The translations under genes and the position numbers were made by a program. This document shows, in pieces, positions 59,756 through 64,000 of a DNA stretch of 64,000 nucleotides (within the stretch, counting starts at the first letter, position 1; every line of letters begins with the position of its first letter). The stretch covers positions 16,814 to 80,813 of the forward strand of contig JBGTEY010000013.1 of assembly GCA_041747555.1 (NCBI GenBank), read 5' to 3'. The DNA comes from Patescibacteria group bacterium. GTDB lineage: Bacteria; Patescibacteriota; Microgenomatia; UBA1400; PJMF01. The notes below the pieces were generated by a model. That model saw only the letters and a program-made list of their open reading frames with translations. It did no database searches and was not told the origin of the DNA.

Positions 59756-61450
59756 ATGGTGAAGAAGATCTTATTCAGTCTCGTAATACTTGTAGTTATA
59801 GTTGGGTCATCGTGGTCTCTCTTTCGACCAGAATTTTTCCGGGTACATGATTATATTCACGCTGCTCGAATTTCTGAATTCAGTCGTGCATGGGCTGATG
59901 GCCATGTACCAGTTCGTTGGAGCGAAAATTTTGGGTATGGATACGGAATGCCATTGTTCGAGTTCTATGCGCCGTTACCATATGCAGTGGGCGCACTACT
60001 TTGGAGTGCAGGACTTTCAATTGTTTTGACCATAAAAACGCTTTATGTTTTATCTTCAGTAATAATGGTGGTTGGAAGTTTAAAACTTGGACGAGCGCTG
60101 TACGGCGGAGCGGGCGCTGTCATTCTTGCAACGCTCACAACGCTCGCTCCTTATCGAGCTGTAAACCTGTTTGTGCGCGGAGCAGTGAGTGAAGCCTGGG
60201 CAATGAGTTTTTTTCCTTGGATGTTGCTCGGAATTCTGCAGGTCTATCGAGGACAGCGATTTGGGTGGGTTACGCTGACGGTTTCGGTAGCTGGTGTTTT
60301 CCTTTCTCACAATCTTTCTGTTCTGATGGTATTGCCATTTGTACTTCTTTTTGCCGTGTACATTCTGTTAAAAGACCTACTTTCAAAAGAAAAAAAGATG
60401 GTATTTGCAGATATCCAAAGACCAATTTCAACTTGGATTTTGGCAATTGGATTGGCAGTTGGGATTGCAAGTTTTTATAGTATCCCTTCTTATTTCGAAA
60501 AAGACTTAACGCAAGTAGACTCAACCATACTTGGGGGATATTTTGATTTTAATCTTCACTTCTTATATGTTCGCCAATTGATTACACCTCTTTGGTCATA
60601 TGGTGGATCACAGTGGGGTCCCGAAGATGGTATTTCATTCTTTCTTGGTTACGCAACGCTACTTGGTATATTGGTGATCGGTGTGACAACCGCAAAAAAA
60701 TATGCGTTTAGTATTAGTAGCTTGATCAAAGAGCAAAAAGATCTTTTATTTTGGTCTGGTTGTGCAGGTATCGCACTTTTGCTGACGACATTTAAAGCGC
60801 AAACTCTCTGGCAAGCGATTCCTCTATTTGAATATCTGCAATTTCCATGGAGGTTTTTATCCCCAGCAGTTGTACTTTTAGGTTTAGCAATTGCGAGTGG
60901 AGTTCGATTATTTTCTTCAACCCGCGAAAGAGTGTATTTTGCTTTTGTAATTACACTGGTGGCACTATTTACACAAACGCCATATTTTCAACCAGAATCG
61001 TACCTTGATGATCCCGATTCACTCTATTACACCGATCCAGAGCGAATTCAATCTCAAATGAGTCAGATACTTCCTGACTTTATTCCAAAATCAATGAGCT
61101 TAGAAGTTCCTCCTACTTCACTAATACGTCCTGACATTGAGCATGAGCTTCTTATTGATAGAGTTCATCAGAAATTAATTTCATACTCACTGCTTGAGCA
61201 AAAAACAATCACTATAGCAATAGCCTCATATCCTGGATGGATTACAGAAATTGATGGCGAATTAGTTGATCATACAACCAGTGAAACAGGTTTGATTCAG
61301 GTAGCATTGCCAGAAGGAAATCACACTCTTGCCGTATCTCTTTCGAGAACATCCGTTCGTGCATTGGCAGACTCAATCTCAGGGATATCTATTCTCATTT
61401 TTATTGCGTTCCTCTATCGTGAGCATCACTCAATAGGAAAAAAATCATGA
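59756..61450 (+). CDS. YfhO/'PTPS-related' GT-C-like membrane protein
   Basis: HD..H, PVRW, GYGMPLFEFYAPL, RGA..E, SHN, QFPWRFL and YPGW motifs. Confidence 0.82.
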   Translation: MVKKILFSLVILVVIVGSSWSLFRPEFFRVHDYIHAARISEFSRAWADGHVPVRWSENFGYGYGMPLFEFYAPLPYAVGALLWSAGLSIVLTIKTLYVLSSVIMVVGSLKLGRALYGGAGAVILATLTTLAPYRAVNLFVRGAVSEAWAMSFFPWMLLGILQVYRGQRFGWVTLTVSVAGVFLSHNLSVLMVLPFVLLFAVYILLKDLLSKEKKMVFADIQRPISTWILAIGLAVGIASFYSIPSYFEKDLTQVDSTILGGYFDFNLHFLYVRQLITPLWSYGGSQWGPEDGISFFLGYATLLGILVIGVTTAKKYAFSISSLIKEQKDLLFWSGCAGIALLLTTFKAQTLWQAIPLFEYLQFPWRFLSPAVVLLGLAIASGVRLFSSTRERVYFAFVITLVALFTQTPYFQPESYLDDPDSLYYTDPERIQSQMSQILPDFIPKSMSLEVPPTSLIRPDIEHELLIDRVHQKLISYSLLEQKTITIAIASYPGWITEIDGELVDHTTSETGLIQVALPEGNHTLAVSLSRTSVRALADSISGISILIFIAFLYREHHSIGKKS

Positions 61451-62943
61451 CCGATGTCGCAACTACTCTTCCACTTGAAGCGGAGACTCAACTCGATACT
61501 GATGATCTCGATACGATTAAGAAAAAGTCAGTCAAAGGTGCAGTTTCTTACTTTGTTCGCACCATCTTGCTCAATATCATTGGTCTTGCAGCTGCTGTGC
61601 TTCTCAGTTTATTTTTTGAACCTGAAGATTTTGGAATCTATGGATTTGTGATTCAAATCATAGGCATACTTACTTTTTTCTCTGACATTGGGCTTGCTGC
61701 AGCATTAGTACAGAAAAAATTGGAACCAAGCACTAACGAGTATCGGACTGCATTTACAGTTCAACAAGTTTTATCTTGGGTGATTGTTTTGATCACCATT
61801 GCAATCATTTCAACAGGATGGGTAGAAGCAAAAACAGGGAGCGCTGGCGTCTGGATATTGATTGCGCTCGCGATTTCATTTCCCCTCGCAAGTCTTAAGA
61901 CTATTTCTTCTGTCATTCTAGAAAGAAAACTTGATTTTTCAAAACTTGTAATTCCAAGCATCGCTGAACAAATTGCATTTTATGGAATACTAGTATATCT
62001 GGCCTGGCAGGGATATGGTGCTATCGCTTATGCGTACGCAATAATTGTGCGGTCGGTATTGGGAAGCATTGTCATGCTTTTCATTCAGCCTTGGTCGTTT
62101 GGTGTAGCACTTCATAAAGAATCATTTAAATCACTTTTTTCATATGGTTTTAAATTTCAACTCAATGACTTTCTTGCTCGTATTAAGGATCAACTGTTTT
62201 ATCTAGCACTTGGTGCATTTTTACCTCTCAGAGAATTCGGAATGATAAGCTGGGCCAAGCAATGGTCTCTATATCCGTACAATTTAACAGTCCAAAATGT
62301 GATGGCAATAACCTTTCCAACATTTTCTCGCCTTCAGCACAATAAAGAAGCACTTAAGCGCGCAATCGAGAAAACCTTATTTTTTATCACACTCGTTATT
62401 TTTCCCATCATAACTGGCATGAGCGTCTTTATTGTCCCCCTGATTGCAACGTTTCCAGAGTATGCGAAATGGACTCCGGCTGTTATGAGTTTAATTCTTT
62501 TTAGCCTCAGCGTGGGATGGAGTGCGATATCTAGCCCACTCACGAATACACTGAATGCGATTGGAGAAATTTCCACTACACTTAAATTAATGCTCTTTTG
62601 GACAGCTGCAACCTGGTTTCTGACACCGCTTTTGGTCTGGCAATGGGGTTATAATGGTGTTGCAGCTGCGGCATTAATAATTAGTTTTTCATCATATTTA
62701 CCTGTTCACTATGTTCAAAAGCACATTCCGTTCTCGTTTTTTGATCAAATTTGGCGACAGTTGCTTGCAAGCATTGTGATGGCTGCGGTTGCTCTGATTG
62801 GACAGGATATTTGGTCCACCAACATGGTTCTACTCGCCACAGGCATGATTGTTTCGGGGTTAGTATATGGCGCTACAGTTTTACTACTGGGAAAAGATAA
62901 AACTTTAGGCGAAATCCGTGCTATTCTTAGGATGAGGAAATAA
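61447..62943 (+). CDS. wzx: Wzx-type polysaccharide flippase
   Basis: About 14 TM helices; PEDFG, SDIGLAAALVQ and FPTFSRLQ motifs. Confidence 0.88.
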   Translation: MTDVATTLPLEAETQLDTDDLDTIKKKSVKGAVSYFVRTILLNIIGLAAAVLLSLFFEPEDFGIYGFVIQIIGILTFFSDIGLAAALVQKKLEPSTNEYRTAFTVQQVLSWVIVLITIAIISTGWVEAKTGSAGVWILIALAISFPLASLKTISSVILERKLDFSKLVIPSIAEQIAFYGILVYLAWQGYGAIAYAYAIIVRSVLGSIVMLFIQPWSFGVALHKESFKSLFSYGFKFQLNDFLARIKDQLFYLALGAFLPLREFGMISWAKQWSLYPYNLTVQNVMAITFPTFSRLQHNKEALKRAIEKTLFFITLVIFPIITGMSVFIVPLIATFPEYAKWTPAVMSLILFSLSVGWSAISSPLTNTLNAIGEISTTLKLMLFWTAATWFLTPLLVWQWGYNGVAAAALIISFSSYLPVHYVQKHIPFSFFDQIWRQLLASIVMAAVALIGQDIWSTNMVLLATGMIVSGLVYGATVLLLGKDKTLGEIRAILRMRK

Positions 62944-62945
62944 CC

Positions 62946-63848
62946 ATGTCACTATCTGTTGTTATCAATACCAGAAATGCAGCCGAAACGCTCGAAGAGG
63001 CGCTAGAATCGGTCAAGTTTGCTGATGAAATAGTGATCATGGATATGGAAAGCAATGACGACACTGTAAAAATTGCATCTCAGTACACCGATAAAATCTT
63101 TACCCACCCCAAAGTAGGATTCGTTGAACCAGCTAGAAATGCTGCCATCGCGAAATCCACAAAGGAGTGGATCCTCATTCTAGATGCAGACGAAGTTGTG
63201 CCAGAAACCCTAGCTACCATTCTGGTACTAATCTCACGAAATGAACATCCAGATTTTCAGTCTATTGATTGCCTTAAAATTTCTCGAAAAAATATAATTT
63301 TTGGCGACTGGGTGCAATCAGCAGGATGGTGGCCTGATTACTTAATTCGTTTTTTTAAGAGACATGCGGTAACTTGGCCTGAAACGATTCATGCAGTTCC
63401 TGAAGTTTCAGGCACTATCTCTCAACTACCTGCAGAAGAAAAATACGCACTCATTCACAATAACTACACCTCGGTCAGTCAATTTGTCCAACGCCTCAAT
63501 AAATACACAAGCATTCAAGCGACACAAGGTGAGAGCACGACACTACCAGCGACCCCAGTTGATGTGTTATCAGATGAATTACTGCGACGATTATTTGTCT
63601 GGAATGGCATATCTGGAAGTTACCGTGGTTTATGTCTCTCAATTCTTCAAAGCTTAGCAGAGGTGGTGACCTACACTAAGATTCTAGAATCGAGATCTTT
63701 TGATGGTATTTTAGGTGAAAAAGAAAGTGTTGAGTCCTTGGAGCGACTCCAAAAATCATTAAGCTACTGGACTGCTGACTGGCATGTTCGGAACTCTATC
63801 GGAGTCGAAAAACTCTTCTGGATGATCCGCAGACGATTTGCGGTATAA
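62946..63848 (+). CDS. GT2 glycosyltransferase (WaaE-like)
   Basis: SVKFADEI, ARN, LDADE, WWPDY, IH and NKYTS motifs. Confidence 0.9.
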   Translation: MSLSVVINTRNAAETLEEALESVKFADEIVIMDMESNDDTVKIASQYTDKIFTHPKVGFVEPARNAAIAKSTKEWILILDADEVVPETLATILVLISRNEHPDFQSIDCLKISRKNIIFGDWVQSAGWWPDYLIRFFKRHAVTWPETIHAVPEVSGTISQLPAEEKYALIHNNYTSVSQFVQRLNKYTSIQATQGESTTLPATPVDVLSDELLRRLFVWNGISGSYRGLCLSILQSLAEVVTYTKILESRSFDGILGEKESVESLERLQKSLSYWTADWHVRNSIGVEKLFWMIRRRFAV

Positions 63849-63855
63849 TATCCCT

Positions 63856-64000
63856 GTGACACACATTTCTATAATTATAGTCAATTATAATACCCCTGAG
63901 GATACGACAGAATGTCTGCAGTCGTTACTCGATCTCCAGTTGGCCAAGATAACGCTGTCTGTTGTGGTGGTCGACAATGGTTCTCAGACACCGTATGCAT
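63856..64000 (+). CDS. GT2 glycosyltransferase (WbbL-like), 5' part only
   Basis: GTG start; ISIIIVNYN...ECLQSL...VVVVDNGS; runs off the window edge. Confidence 0.85.
   Translation, partial: MTHISIIIVNYNTPEDTTECLQSLLDLQLAKITLSVVVVDNGSQTPYA

Noticed and set aside
1-64000. CRISPR arrays, IS elements, integrases, diversity-generating retroelements, introns
   Set aside because: No regularly spaced direct repeats, no transposase, reverse transcriptase or integrase motifs, and no TR/VR pairs were seen by eye. A self-dotplot would be needed to exclude weak repeats.

Overview
The window is gene-dense chromosomal DNA using genetic code 11 (TGA serves as a stop). The gene content (many glycosyltransferases, conserved hypotheticals, no amino-acid biosynthesis, shortened SecDF and AspRS) suggests a CPR/Patescibacteria bacterium, probably Microgenomates; this assignment is inference. 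It contains housekeeping genes (frr, rseP, secDF, cca, recJ, aspS, gltX, dnaX, ybaB, ybeY, trmD, rdgB, fbaB, glgP), one complete tRNA-Gln(CTG) and the 5' end of a probable tRNA-Glu at the left edge. Three surface-glycan clusters encode GT2s, five GT-C-type membrane proteins, gmd/rmd, ugd, rfbABCD, an LCP protein, Wzx and a pyruvyltransferase. There is also a TasA/SipW-class pair and a sensor-less two-component pair. The most notable non-obvious features are: (1) a transcriptional T-box upstream of aspS with an ultra-short K-turn Stem I carrying an Asp (GAC) specifier in its terminal loop; (2) parS-like palindromes immediately after it; (3) a repeated leaderless promoter layout, with a -10 box 6-7 nt before the start codon; (4) a tandem family of divergent orphan genes near the tRNA-Glu, one with a start-less downstream frame reachable by a -1 shift. 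No CRISPR array, transposase, integrase or rRNA was seen. All structures and alignments were made by eye.
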